This document shows positions 24,921-37,018 of a DNA stretch of 64,000 nt, piece by piece. Positions within the stretch are counted from its first letter, which is position 1; every line of letters begins with the position of its first letter. The stretch covers positions 60,326,001 to 60,390,000 of the forward strand of contig NC_043003.1 of the NCBI RefSeq assembly GCF_006345805.1, read 5' to 3'. The notes under the pieces are model-generated. The model made no database searches. It saw only the letters and a program-made list of their open reading frames with translations, and was not told the origin of the DNA. This DNA comes from Octopus sinensis (taxonomy: Eukaryota). The position numbers were made by a program, and so were the translations under genes.

Positions 24921-25980
24921 ACATTAACTGTCAAATAGGTGTACCCGCCAAGGCAAGAAATGTACAATAAGAGATAAGAGGAAGTTGAATGAAATGAGCA
25001 ATCTGGTTTCGAGTCGCGGTGGAAATAAAGTATGCACATTTTTAACATTAATGCTCATCGTTTCCTATTGTAACACCACTCTCAGCCTTCGCTACATTTA
25101 ACTGAGTGTACTCATTTAAACATTCAGGTCAGGTTTCCACTCTGAGGATAACAAGATATTTCACCGTTTCTTCCACTATTTTCCGGGACTATGCAAAGAG
25201 ATTATAGGTATTGATGAAGTCATACGAAAGGCACATTTTTGTAGACTAGTCAACGAACAGTGACTGCAAATCGGATAAGTTTGTATCCTATAATGTTGAG
25301 AAACTACGAGTAGTGATGTGAGTATGCCATGCTTGTATTACACACGCACATACTCCCGTACATATCGGATCATTACTAATATATATAAAAGAAAATGTTT
25401 TTTCCCTCTGTATGCCATGTTATGCATGCCCAGTGATACATATTAACCGGTTATAGCATTTTCCAGACCGGAGTAAATGTTTATGCGCATGCCCGAAGAC
25501 AAAAATTACTTCGCGTATCAATCTTGCGATCTATCCATACAATTTGATTTGTTTTTGAGATATAAGACATTTAGAAATATTTATTGCATGGTGTTTTCTC
25601 TATGTTGGATATTACGAATATGCAAAAAAATAATAAAAAGCTTTTCAAATTTCATCCCACCCCCACCCCCAATTTAAAATCTTGATTTTTTTTTTACTTT
25701 AAAGAGATCGTAGCGAATTGACGAACATAGGCAAAACGAAATCAAATTTAGACAAACACATTTTACTTGTGTATGCCTTAAATAATCGTAAATAATAATT
25801 AAATGCAAATTAAATACACACCATTTTATGAGAAACAAACAATAATATGTTTAATAATTACTGTTAGAAAGTTTAATAAAATGCTCAAATTTCACCCCTC
25901 CCCTAATTTTAAATTTTGGACTTTTTCATCTATTTATTTGTCTGTCTATCAATTTATCTCTATCCATTTATTCATCTCTC

Positions 25981-26079
<99 letters not shown>

Positions 26080-26084
26080 TCTTC

Positions 26085-26385
26085 TTTCACTTGTTTCAGT
26101 CATTTGACTGTGGCCATGCTGGAACACTGCCTTTAGTCAAGTAAATCGAACCCGAGACTTATTCTTTGTAAACCTAGTAATTGTTCTATCGGTCTCTTTA
26201 GCCGAACCGTTATGTTATGGGGACGAAAACACACCAGCATCGGTTGTCAAGCGATGTCGGGGACAAACACAGACACACAATACCCAGAAACACACACATA
26301 TATACGACAGGCTTCTTTCAGTTTTTCGTCTACCAAATACACTCACAAGGCTTTGGTCGGCCCGTCACTATAGTAGAGCACGTTA
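26085..26385 (-). mobile_element. SINE family B copy, 5'-truncated
   Basis: CTTGTTTCAGTCATTTGACTGTGGCCATGCTGG ... CACAAGGCTTTGGTCGGCCCG. Confidence 0.75.
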
Positions 26386-28473
26386 CCTGTAATCTTTATG
26401 AATAGTAGTGGGGTGCATTATCTAGACGACCGTGATGGCTTTTTAGGAGGAAACCGAAAGAACGTAACTAATTTTGACAAAACATTTACTCATCTCCTCT
26501 CGCTTCAACCAAACCTCCATTTTGAATCTGAATATTCTATTCATTAATCGTGTAGAACTCATATGTGGAGATTTTGAATTAAACTTAGAATTCTCTACGT
26601 TTATTACAATTGTATGAAGTTTATTCGTTGAGAGAAGTTATTTAAAATAAATGACTTACGATGTTAATTATGAAGTTGATTTATTATATATTCAGGTATA
26701 ATCTATGCTACATTCCTTCTCGTTGTCAATGATGTATATTCTATACCATGTTTCGGAACTTTCTATGTCGTGTATTATCACATACATTTATTATTATATA
26801 GCAAAATGGCCTTGCACATACATTAGAAAACATTATTATAAAGCAAAACTTATACATATTAAAAATATGCCTTAAAATTTGAAGTTTATTCGCCCGAAGG
26901 CAATTAACGACAAATTATCATGATTCGTAATATTTTTGGATTAAAGGAAGATTCTACTTACGAAATTATTGCGACATAAATTATTGAATAGCTGGGTTTA
27001 TAGATTAAAACACACTTTATTTCCTAGGATAGACACTCGAATTGATAGTTTGTGCTTGCCTTTGTCTGGTATAAATAGGTTTAGAGATACATTTATATGA
27101 GCTACATTTGCAGTGCTTTTATTTTTTTACTATTTTTTCCTTTTTAGTTATAAACAGATTATTCATAAAATATGTGAAGCTACATATATTGAATGCAATC
27201 GTAAATGAATGAACCAGAAACTGAAAATAAAAATAAATTTTCTTTGAATATTTTGTATACACATGAATTGCTGTTGATTCATTTTCAGAAATCTGATGGA
27301 GTGCTTCAGTAGAAACCACAAAGTTTAAGGTCATATCTTATAATCGGAACCACATTAAGCTTGTGAGCAAAATACACAATTCTCATATTGCGCTCTTCAC
27401 TTCGCTAAATTTAAGTACTATACAGTATAAAAATTTCGTTAATTTGTTATGCAATGTTCAACCTCATTTGTTAGTAATAATTATGATTGATTTCTGTTCA
27501 TGTTCAATTTCTCATGAAAATTATGAAGACAAGGGGTTCTGTTGAACATCTCACTCCAAAGAGACGTCCAGCTTTCATTGAATACCCAGGGTGAAAGTGG
27601 ACAGAAATGTTTGAGTAATCGGCATTTGAAAGCTTAAGTTAAAAGGAATTTTCGAATGAAACTCCTGTGATTTATCACATGAAACCGAAGGATTTGCATC
27701 AGAGTGTCCCTCTCATAGAAGAATGTTATGATGTCCTGGGCACAACTGAAAACTGCATCCGGTAGAGGGGCTCTGCCTCGGGAGTCCCATAGTTTTGAGG
27801 AATGTGGTACCACCTCTTAACTACTATTCTTCCTTGACCCTGATCAATAGCACCTGTCAGGTTCCTAGCTGCGAAATTCTCATTTTTAATTTTATCTCTA
27901 CCGATTTTCCATAGAAATTCGGTGCCTGCATTCATGAGAACATTGTACCGCTAAAACTAAAGTAAGGCACACTATAGGCTCGGGTCTATCGTAGAAAACA
28001 CTTGCACAAGATTCTTCCCCGTAGGACTGAACTCTAAACAACGTAGCTGCCAAGCCAGCTTCTAAACCAAAAAGCCACTCCTACTCCTAAATAGAAAAAC
28101 TAGAGATGTCTAGTTATGTAAATTTCTTCATGTCTAGAAATGTAATTTAAAACCTGTAAGGAGTTTGAACGCCTAACCTAATGGTTCAACACATTACCCC
28201 TTTCAGCTATCTTAGGCTCTAAGCTTACATAACAAAACCTTAATTTTGATTTTCACAATAGTAATGCTTATTGTAGTCGAACGTACTCAACAGACCGAGG
28301 CACACTATTGGTTTTGAAGATCCAGCACATTTCCACTACAAGTCTGTTATATTCTCGAGGAATACTGAACTAACACTAAATATGATCTGTCTGATACCGT
28401 TAGGTGGAGAGATATGTTCGGTTATTCCAGTACCTTCGAATTTAATATTTCAGTATTTAATTATTGCCGGAGT

Positions 28474-28556
28474 CCCATGCTGATGAAGAAAATGGTTGGT
28501 AAAGTATAATTCTATATTCTTTATACCGATCTAATTCCGAAACGCGCGTCCATGGG
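28474..28556 (+). ncRNA. Type I hammerhead ribozyme motif with palindromic stem III
   Basis: Stem I CCCATG/CATGGG, core CTGATGA (28480-86), long imperfect stem II, GAAA (28539-42), palindrome ACGCGCGT, GUC cleavage triplet. Confidence 0.7.
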
Positions 28557-28737
28557 TGACCAGATATTGATTGATTTTCGTTACTTTTCCTCTCTGCCTG
28601 TGTGGATTGTTTTCAAGTATTTTGGTTTTTCTGGGAGTCCCTTTTTAAAGTAGAAGAAATAGCTAAAGTTTTTGGGCTGCTATTTCTAAACTTCGGTATG
28701 TGGTAAAGCAAATCTTTGCTGAACCCTAATTATTAAG

Positions 28738-28784
<47 letters not shown>

Positions 28785-29249
28785 TGTGTGTGTGTGTTGT
28801 GTGTGTGTGTGTGTGGTGTGTGTGTGTGTTTTGTATTTATATGCCTTCTAGAAATGTTGATGAGGCTAACTTCATACGAAGCAACTATTTGGCTTTACAG
28901 TGTTCAATCCTTACAAAATTCCCATTGCATGTCATCATTCTAGGTAGAGTGGGGGCGATAAATTTAACACCAGTCCAGTATTTGAATCGAAAAAATTCGT
29001 CTAAATCCAAACATGCCTACATAATTCCTAATGTTAAGTAATGTACAAAATCTATGGTATATATATATATATATTATAGATTAAACTTATATCGTAGAAT
29101 AGAAAAAATTCAAAGTTAAGGTGAGGGATATTTTTGTTTAAATAAGTGTTCAATTTTTTCTACATGAATATTTATAAAACATGAAGAACAAAATGAACAG
29201 AATAAGCCATGAGGAAGTTTTAAATTGAAGACCTGAAAAAATGACACAA

Positions 29250-29282
<33 letters not shown>

Positions 29283-29305
29283 CACACAAACAAACACACA
29301 TACAT

Positions 29306-29348
<43 letters not shown>

Positions 29349-31649
29349 TATATGCATACAAATACATACAGGCATACATACATTTTTATATTTATATGCC
29401 TTCTAGAAATGTTGGAGAAGTTAACTTCATAAGAGCCAACCTCAATGGAAGTATCTACCCCAGGCGAATGTTTCGTAGGTTTGGCGAAAATGATAGACAG
29501 GTGGTCAGTTGTATGGGGAAGTGTTATAAAAGAACGCCCTCCAGCTGTTATTGACATAACGTGTCATTGCAAATCTAAATATCCAGGGATTTCACTTTTT
29601 TGTTCATTATCTATCATCCAAGTATTTGCTTCCCCATGGTCAAACTCGAGCCAGACAAGCCAGTGTCCGGTTTATAAACACCTTTCTTGTTAAAAGAAAT
29701 CTGATCAGCTCAGAATATTTACAAATTTTCTTTCATATCAATGATTTAATAGAAGCAAATTTGACTGTAAATAAGTTTATTCCAATCGTGAGTGCTTCGT
29801 CTGTGTAACTTGAAGTTCGACCAATTCATGTAAATATTCAGTACATATAAAACCTCTTGGGACAAGTGGACACATAACTGACCACTGCTATAAAATATAA
29901 GAATTATGATTGCGTATCAAAGTTTCGTCTTTCTTAAGATGGTTGGGGGAGATTACAGATGGGAATGGTATCTGATGGGATTTAATGCTGCAATTTTTTT
30001 TATTCGTTTATTTCTATTCTATTTATTTTCTATTTATTTATGATTATATCGAAAATTTGTCAACACAGTAATTATATGAAGAAGGCTGTTAGGCTTTGAG
30101 AAGTGTACTGGGTCAGTAACAAAACGGACAATAACCTCTGGATGCTATGAAACACGTGCTGCAGGCTTCAACCAACCGAGTGTAAAATTTCCAACGCAGC
30201 CAAATGCCCGCCAGGAAGAATCTTTGTTGAAGCTAGATCCCTGCATCTTTCGATGCTACAAGTACAAAGAGATACAGCAAGAAAGTTCCAGTTGAAGGTC
30301 TGGAAGTCAATAACGTTATTGTAAACTTTGTATTGTAACTTCTTTACAAAGAAACTAAAAACTGAACATGTATATCATCAGTCAGTGGCTGGCTTCGAGT
30401 ATTTAATTAGACCGATGACTAACGTATATTATTATCCTCGGTATTATTGAATAGAACACATAGCTTCCATCACTCATATATGAAGAGACAATTCATCTCT
30501 TTCGTCTCAATTTTCGTAGCAAAATATGTTTCTGTTACGCATAAAACTGTAAATGTTTGTTAATATTTTCTTTACGCTAAGGGCGATGGATTAAATGAAT
30601 CATAAAAACAATCGAACAGAAATAATGCCTTGCGGTATGTTGATACCTTACTATAGTTCGCAGTTCAAATTCTGCAGAGATCACGTTTACTTTAATCCTT
30701 CTTCCATTCAGAAAATAAAATCCCAACCAAATACTTTGATTGACTTGATCGATCGATAGTCATATACGCAAACTGAGGTCTTGTGTCTAAGTTAAATACA
30801 AACGTTTGGTTAAGAAACCGTTTCGTTCGCCAATTACTCTTAATCTTTGGAGCTTCAATCAAATATGCCGAACAGTATATAATTCCAACCTTTACGTTCT
30901 GAGTTCACATCCCATAAAGATCAACTTAATTTTTCATTCTCTCAAAAGAAGAAGACACCTGTCACGTATCATTGTGTTGGAGTCGGTAAAATGACTCAAT
31001 GTAGTTGACATTTTTCTCCTAGCCATCAAACTTTAGGTATTGTACCTACCAAACAAAAAAATATTTACATCGCTTAGGTAATTTGATTCACGGAAACGAG
31101 TAGGGAATTGCTCAAGTACGCATGCGGCACGAAAACATTATAGTTAAGCGTGCCTTCGCAAATTGTTGCTGTATCTCGATGACATTTCCTTAACTAAAAA
31201 CACGCTTCTAATTATTGACTATATTTTTCAGAAAAGCTGGGGAGACCATCTCGAAATTTTAATTACGTAAAATTAATTAAGTTAAATCATCGTGTATAAT
31301 ACGCATTCAATTTACTTCTGAGTCAAAATTGAAATTAGGGGCACATTTACTGAAGGATCACTTGATATATTGAATAGGAGTAGCAAATTAATTTTACAGG
31401 AAAAAGAGAGTCGAAAACTTCGAAATTTCACCTATAGTTTTTTAAGCCTCCATCAGTGAAATTTATGTCTCCATTTTCCTTGTAAAAATAAAACCCTTTT
31501 AACACATATAAATATATATGTGTGTGTGTGTGTATGTGTGTGTGTGTACATAATGTTGCTATGACAGATCTTGATGTAACTTTTCAAAAATGCACATCCA
31601 TAAGAGATGTGATCTCTGAACAAATACTGCAGTAGGTGGCCTAGCATTG

Positions 31650-31680
<31 letters not shown>

Positions 31681-31684
<4 letters not shown>

Positions 31685-31945
31685 AAATTAAGAGGAATGA
31701 CCACTAAAGTGAACACACTATATGCTAAACATAGACGTAAAATCGCCATAAGCACGAAGAATGTGTTCTCAAGAAAAAATCTCTGCAAAACGCCAAACCT
31801 TTTCATTTGTCTTGCTCATTTTTACATTTTGGCGTTTTGCTGAGATTTTTTTCTGGAGAACACATTCTTCGAGGTAATGGCGATTTGACGTCTATGTTTA
31901 GCATATAGGGTGTCCACTTTAGTGGTCATTCCTCTTAATTTTGTA
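31681..31945. mobile_element. Fold-back MITE, TA-flanked (Tc1/mariner type)
   Basis: ~117-bp inverted arms (31681-31797 / 31828-31945), ~90% identical, 30-bp spacer, TA at both ends. Confidence 0.8.
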
Positions 31946-32062
31946 TGTATCGCAATTTTTAATCTTCGGATTTTTTAAATATGCTAAGCTACTGGTTACA
32001 TTGATTAACATCAATTTCTACCCTTATTATTTAATTTTAATATATATATATATATATATATA

Positions 32063-32140
32063 TAACTTAGAATAACTTAGAAAGGTTTTGGCCACTATTG
32101 GCCCAGGCCATGTCTAACTTAATAGCACCACCTGGTGGTG

Positions 32141-32143
<3 letters not shown>
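32063..32143 (-). mobile_element. 80-bp 5'-truncated insertion of a sister CR1 LINE 3' end
   Basis: 42 bp (32096-32137) identical to 33128-33169. Different tail, (TTCTAAGTTA)2. (TA)n on both sides. Confidence 0.8.
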
Positions 32144-32178
<35 letters not shown>

Positions 32179-32567
32179 TGGGGATGTATAAATACACACG
32201 CACGTACATACACACAAACACACACACACAATCAGTCACACAATTTGACTGCGACCATGCTGGAGCACCTACTTCAATGATTTTAGTCCACCAAATTGGC
32301 TCTAGGACTTATTTTACATTCAGCCTAGTACTTATTCTATCGGTTTGTTTTGTTGAACCACCAGACTACAAGGATATATATATATATGTCTTTATATATA
32401 TAATGTGTGTGTATATATATATATATATATCTTTAATCAGTCAGTTTGATGAGTTCCACTACCTCAAATGTTCTTAAAATTTAAATCCAAATCTTTGTCT
32501 ATGTATCAACCTTCTCTATAATATTGCCACTTGACATGAACATTTTTGTATTAATGGAAAACCTCTA

Positions 32568-32660
32568 TAATTGGCTGATGAGTACTCAGCATTTTAAAAC
32601 TGTTGTAATAATTACAACATTTAATAAAATAATGTAGTACGAAACGATCGTACCAAATTA
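32568..32660 (+). ncRNA. Type I hammerhead ribozyme, intact core, palindromic stem III
   Basis: Stem I TAATTGG/CCAA(A)TTA, CTGATGA (32575-81), stem II GTACT/AGTAC with inner hairpin TGTTGTAAT/ATTACAACA, GAAA (32641-44), palindrome ACGATCGT, GUA triplet. Confidence 0.85.
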
Positions 32661-32814
32661 CAGGAGTTATTCTTGTTGCTTATTTTGATTATAATCACCC
32701 CACGGATTTTTATGGATAACACCATACAGAATTCTGGTGCATCTAAATTAAGTACCATATTCATTTGAATCTAAATTTTTTGCTGAACTTATACATATAT
32801 ATATATAATATATA

Positions 32815-32902
<88 letters not shown>

Positions 32903-32978
32903 TATATGTGTGTATATATATATACATATATATATACATATATATATATGTATGTATATATACATATATGTATGTGTG

Positions 32979-33009
<31 letters not shown>

Positions 33010-33021
33010 CATATTATATAC

Positions 33022-33068
<47 letters not shown>

Positions 33069-33181
33069 GTAATGTATAATACATATATATACTTTGATAC
33101 TTTGATACTTTGATAGTTTTCGGTCATTATTGGCCCAGGCCATGTCTAACTTAATAGCACCACCTGGTGAAGTCTTTCAAG

Positions 33182-36100
33182 TCAGAATTTGGGCACTATG
33201 GCCCACTCAAGTAGAGAGTTATTGTTTACAGAGACATATCCGGGTGTAGGGGGTTTATCCGGGATTTCTTGAAGGAATCTGTCCAAAGACTTCTTGAACC
33301 CTATAGGGTCAGTTTCTGTTTTAATGTGTTTTGGTGTAATGTTAAGAGAGCGGGGCCAATTGAGGTGAAATAATTGTGCCGTATTGTTGTTATGATAGAT
33401 GAGAGTGCGATTTTTGTTTTGGGCGGATGGCACGGGGCCCAAGCCTTGGATGTACCTTGAAGGTGATGCCAACATCATTTGGGCAATGCTGATGGAATAT
33501 TTTCCACATCATGCAGATGATGTAGCGCTCACGACGACGTTGGAGAGAATAGAGTTTTAGCTTTTCTAGTCGACCCCATAGTCGAGGCCTGTCATGCCAT
33601 CTATCTTTTTTGTGATTGCCCTTTGAGGTGCTTCAACTTTTATGATACCTTGTATTGTGTGGGGAGACCACAGTGGACAACAGTATTCAAGGTGGGGTCG
33701 GGCAAAAGTGGAGAAGAGAAGGATAATGGTGTGATATCTCTCGACTGGAAAGTTCTGAGAATCCAGGAACACATTCTGCGGGCCATGTCAACTTTGGTGT
33801 TTATATGAGTGCCCAGCTTATGTTGTTGTCCACAATTACTCCCAAGTCTCTGATGTTGTTTGGACGCCGCGAGAGTTTCACCTGAAGGAAGGGAGTATGG
33901 GAGTTTCAGGGCATCCTCTTTTCCAAAGTGGATTAGCTCAAATTTATCCTCGTTCAGCAGCATATTGTTTTTTTCTGCCCATTGGATAACAGCCAGTAGA
34001 TCTGACTGAAGGCATGTCCGGTCACTCGCCTCATTTATGACCTTCTGTAGCTTGGAGTCATCTGCAAAGATTTTTATTTGCTGTGCTTGATGATGTCATT
34101 AATATCATTAATGTAAATGATGAAAAGAAGTGGGCCCAGCACAGTGCCTTGCGGAACGCCACTACTGACTTTGGCTGGGCTTGATTTTACCCCTTCAACT
34201 ACAACATGTTGAGATCTGTCTGTCAGGAACACTTGATCCATTTCAGTAACTTTCCAGAGACACCAATGTTGGATAGTTTTTTCAATAGGATCCTGTGATC
34301 GACCCTGTCGAAGGCCTTACTGAAATCAAGGTAGATGACATCGGTGTTGGAGCCCTCTCCCAAAGCTCTCAAAATGTCCTCAAAGTGATGCAGGAGCTGC
34401 GTTAGGCAGTCCCTTCCATTACGGAACCCATGTTGGTTGGAGATCAGCCGTCTGTTGCTGCTTTCCAGAAATTGGGTTATTCGAGATCTCACCACCCTCT
34501 CAAATACCTTGATGATATGAGAGGTGAGTGAGATCGGACGGTAATTCACTGCAAGGGACTTGTTTCCCTTTTTGAAAACTGGGACAACAGACTGGGACAG
34601 AAGGTTTTTTGGAATATAGCCAGCATCCAGTGAGTTTCTCCACAGATTAGCAAGGGGAGATGCAAGTTGGTGTCGACACACCTTCAGGACACAAGCAGGG
34701 AACCTATCGGGGGCCTACTGCTGAATTGTGGTTTTATTTCGTTTATCGCCGCTAAGACATCAGGGGCACTAAACGTTATGTCCGATATAGTGTGTTGGGG
34801 GTTGACATCACTGATACAGCCCAGATCGGCCATATCAGGATTGCTGAAAACAGAGCAGTATTGTTTCTGCAGTATCTCGGCCATGGATTTGGCATTATCT
34901 TGGAGAGTGCCAGTTTCGTCAATTAGAGGGCCTACAGTGGAGACAGTGACCCTGCGTTTCCTCGCAAATGAAAAGAAACATTTGGGGTTGAGTTTGATTT
35001 TTTTCAATGGCCCACTTCTCCTCAGCTGATCTTTGGTTATTGATGAGGGTCTTCATGCATTGTTGGAGGTATATTTTTTAGATTCAAGCAGTGCGATAGC
35101 CGTCGAATGTGTGTGTTGCTGTTGGCAGTACTTTAGTTTGTTAATTTTTTTGTTTGTTCTTTTTCTTTTTCTGATAATGGTTTTTCTGTTTTGGGGGATG
35201 TCTGCACTTTTTGTTCACAGGTCTTGGTGGGGAGTGTTTTGCACATATGTCTGTGACGGTGTCTACAAAGATCTGCCAAGATGTTTTATGGTTGGTGGAG
35301 ATGTGTGTATGTGTAAGGACCAGTCAACATGTGATAGCTCGTTCCTGATTGCATCCCAGTTGGCATTATGGAGATCCATGTTGTCAAATGGGTGGGCTGG
35401 AGGAAGGTCACTAGGATTAGCTTTCAGCTGGTGGAATTTCATGTTACAGAGAACCATGTCATGGTCTGAAAGAAGGGTTTTTTCCACTGTAACGTTATGT
35501 ATAGTGTTAGTGTGGTTACTAAACACTAGGTCCAAAATGTTCTGATGTCTTGTTGGTGCAAGGACAAGTTGGGACAAGAAAAAACTCATTCGTAAAGTCG
35601 AAAAGTGACTCTGCTGCTTCTTTGTCACGGTTGAGGCGGGAGTGCTTGGTTTCAAACAGTTTGTAGTCCAGTCAACACAGGGTAGATTGAAGTCTCCCAT
35701 CATGAGTATGTTGCTAGAATGGCACTGTTGAATAAAGCACTTAATGCTGTTGAGGCATTCTTTAAAGCACAGTATGGGTGTTTGGGGCGGCCTATAGAGC
35801 CCAATTACTGTCAGGTCATTGGCTTTGTTGTGCACGGTGACTGATTCACAGTAGCCGTTGGAGAATATACTATTTCCATCTGCCGTAAATGAATCATGCA
35901 GGAAAATGGCAGTTCCACCCTTCCTCCTGCCGATACGATCCGCGCGGATGGTTGTGAAATTCTTCACTCTCACTTCGGCCCTCCAAGTGGGAGTTGTCAA
36001 GTGGGGCTCAGTGAGAATGAAGAAAGGGATGTGGTGTGAATGGTTACCAACCCAGTCTTCAATGAATTGGACCTTCCATTTTTGTGCATTGATGGAAGGG

Positions 36101-36232
36101 CTGACACCTTGTGCATTGAGTAGGAATGTGGAGGTTAGTGTAGTGGCTGGTTTTGACTGTTGCAGGGGCTTGGATTTTTTGTGTGTGTTAGTGGCAGCAA
36201 TGTGGGGAATTGGTGCACTGGGGTAATAGCAT
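33182..36232 (-). pseudogene. LINE ORF2: apurinic-type endonuclease plus reverse transcriptase, frameshifted as assembled
   Basis: EN motifs LNAQG, LTEPHL, GLYRPP, MGDFN, ILDL, LSDH. RT motifs NYRPISLTS, QHGFR, YLDFSKAFDRVDH, SGVPQGTVLGPLLF, FADD (34057-34068). CR1-type C-terminus RPHLEYC..W.P, LYSLQRRRER. Confidence 0.95.
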
Positions 36233-36252
36233 AGGATGGTGTTGAGTGATGG

Positions 36253-36770
36253 CTAGAATGTTTTGTGTATCTCTTTTGCCATGTTCAACATGGCTAAAAA
36301 GAATTTTCCTGCTTAGGGAGCAGTTTTTGGCTGGAGGTGTGGTTGCACTGTTGGATAGGGTTGTAGTTTCCACTTTTGTTGTTGTTGTTTTTGTGTCTTC
36401 TGAAAAGACTGGACCAGCATTACTGCAGCATGGTGTGTTTCTATTTTTATTTTTATTCAGGTTTGTGTGTTGGCTTGAAGCCCCGTTTCTGTTTGTGCGT
36501 CGGGTCCCTGGAAGATGAGTGAAGGGACAGTCACTCAGTAGACATGTTCTCTCACGTTGGAATACCGGCAGATTTTGGGACTCCGAGTTTGTGTGTTTTG
36601 AATTTCGATTTACTATTTGGTGGTGTTGATGTTATTGTGGGATGCGTGCTTTGGCCTTGGCCGGTAGTGCGTCTAGTGCCGGGTAGATGCGTGAAGATGC
36701 AGTCACTATTTGTGCAGAGTCTCTGGCGCAGTGAATAGCGGCATATTTGGGGATTTCTTGTTTGTGCCGT
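36253..36770 (-). pseudogene. LINE ORF1 remnant with two tandem C-x8-C-x4-C-x3-H zinc fingers
   Basis: ICRYSLRQRLCTNSDCIFTHLPGTRR (C..H at 36743-36687) and ICRYS/QRERTCLLSDCPFTHLPGTRR (36570-36515, one base missing). Possible end FFLAMLNMAKEIHKTF* at 36253. Confidence 0.7.
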
Positions 36771-37018
36771 GGGGGCGCATTCTGCTTCCTATGTTTTCTT
36801 TAAGTTTTTGTTACTGCAGTAGTATTGAGGTGGTGATGTGGGGGAAGAGGCAATGGTTTCTTATTTGGTTTTCTGTTGGTATTTTTGGTGATAGAAGACG
36901 ATGGTGGCAGCGGTGGTGATGATGATGATGATAATTGTGGTGGTTGCTGTGAGAGCGGTGAAAGATACTGGCATTTAGTGAATCGTCTAGTAAGCTAGAG
37001 TTGAGGAGTGGCTGTTGT

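Noticed and set aside
25250-25323. Small exon candidate ending in a GTGAGT donor (STNSDCKSDKFVSYNVEKLRVV)
   Set aside because: The better upstream acceptor gives stops in all frames; too short to evaluate.
35033-36919. Plus-strand ORFs of 64-170 aa overlapping the LINE
   Set aside because: Antisense shadows of the LINE coding sequence.
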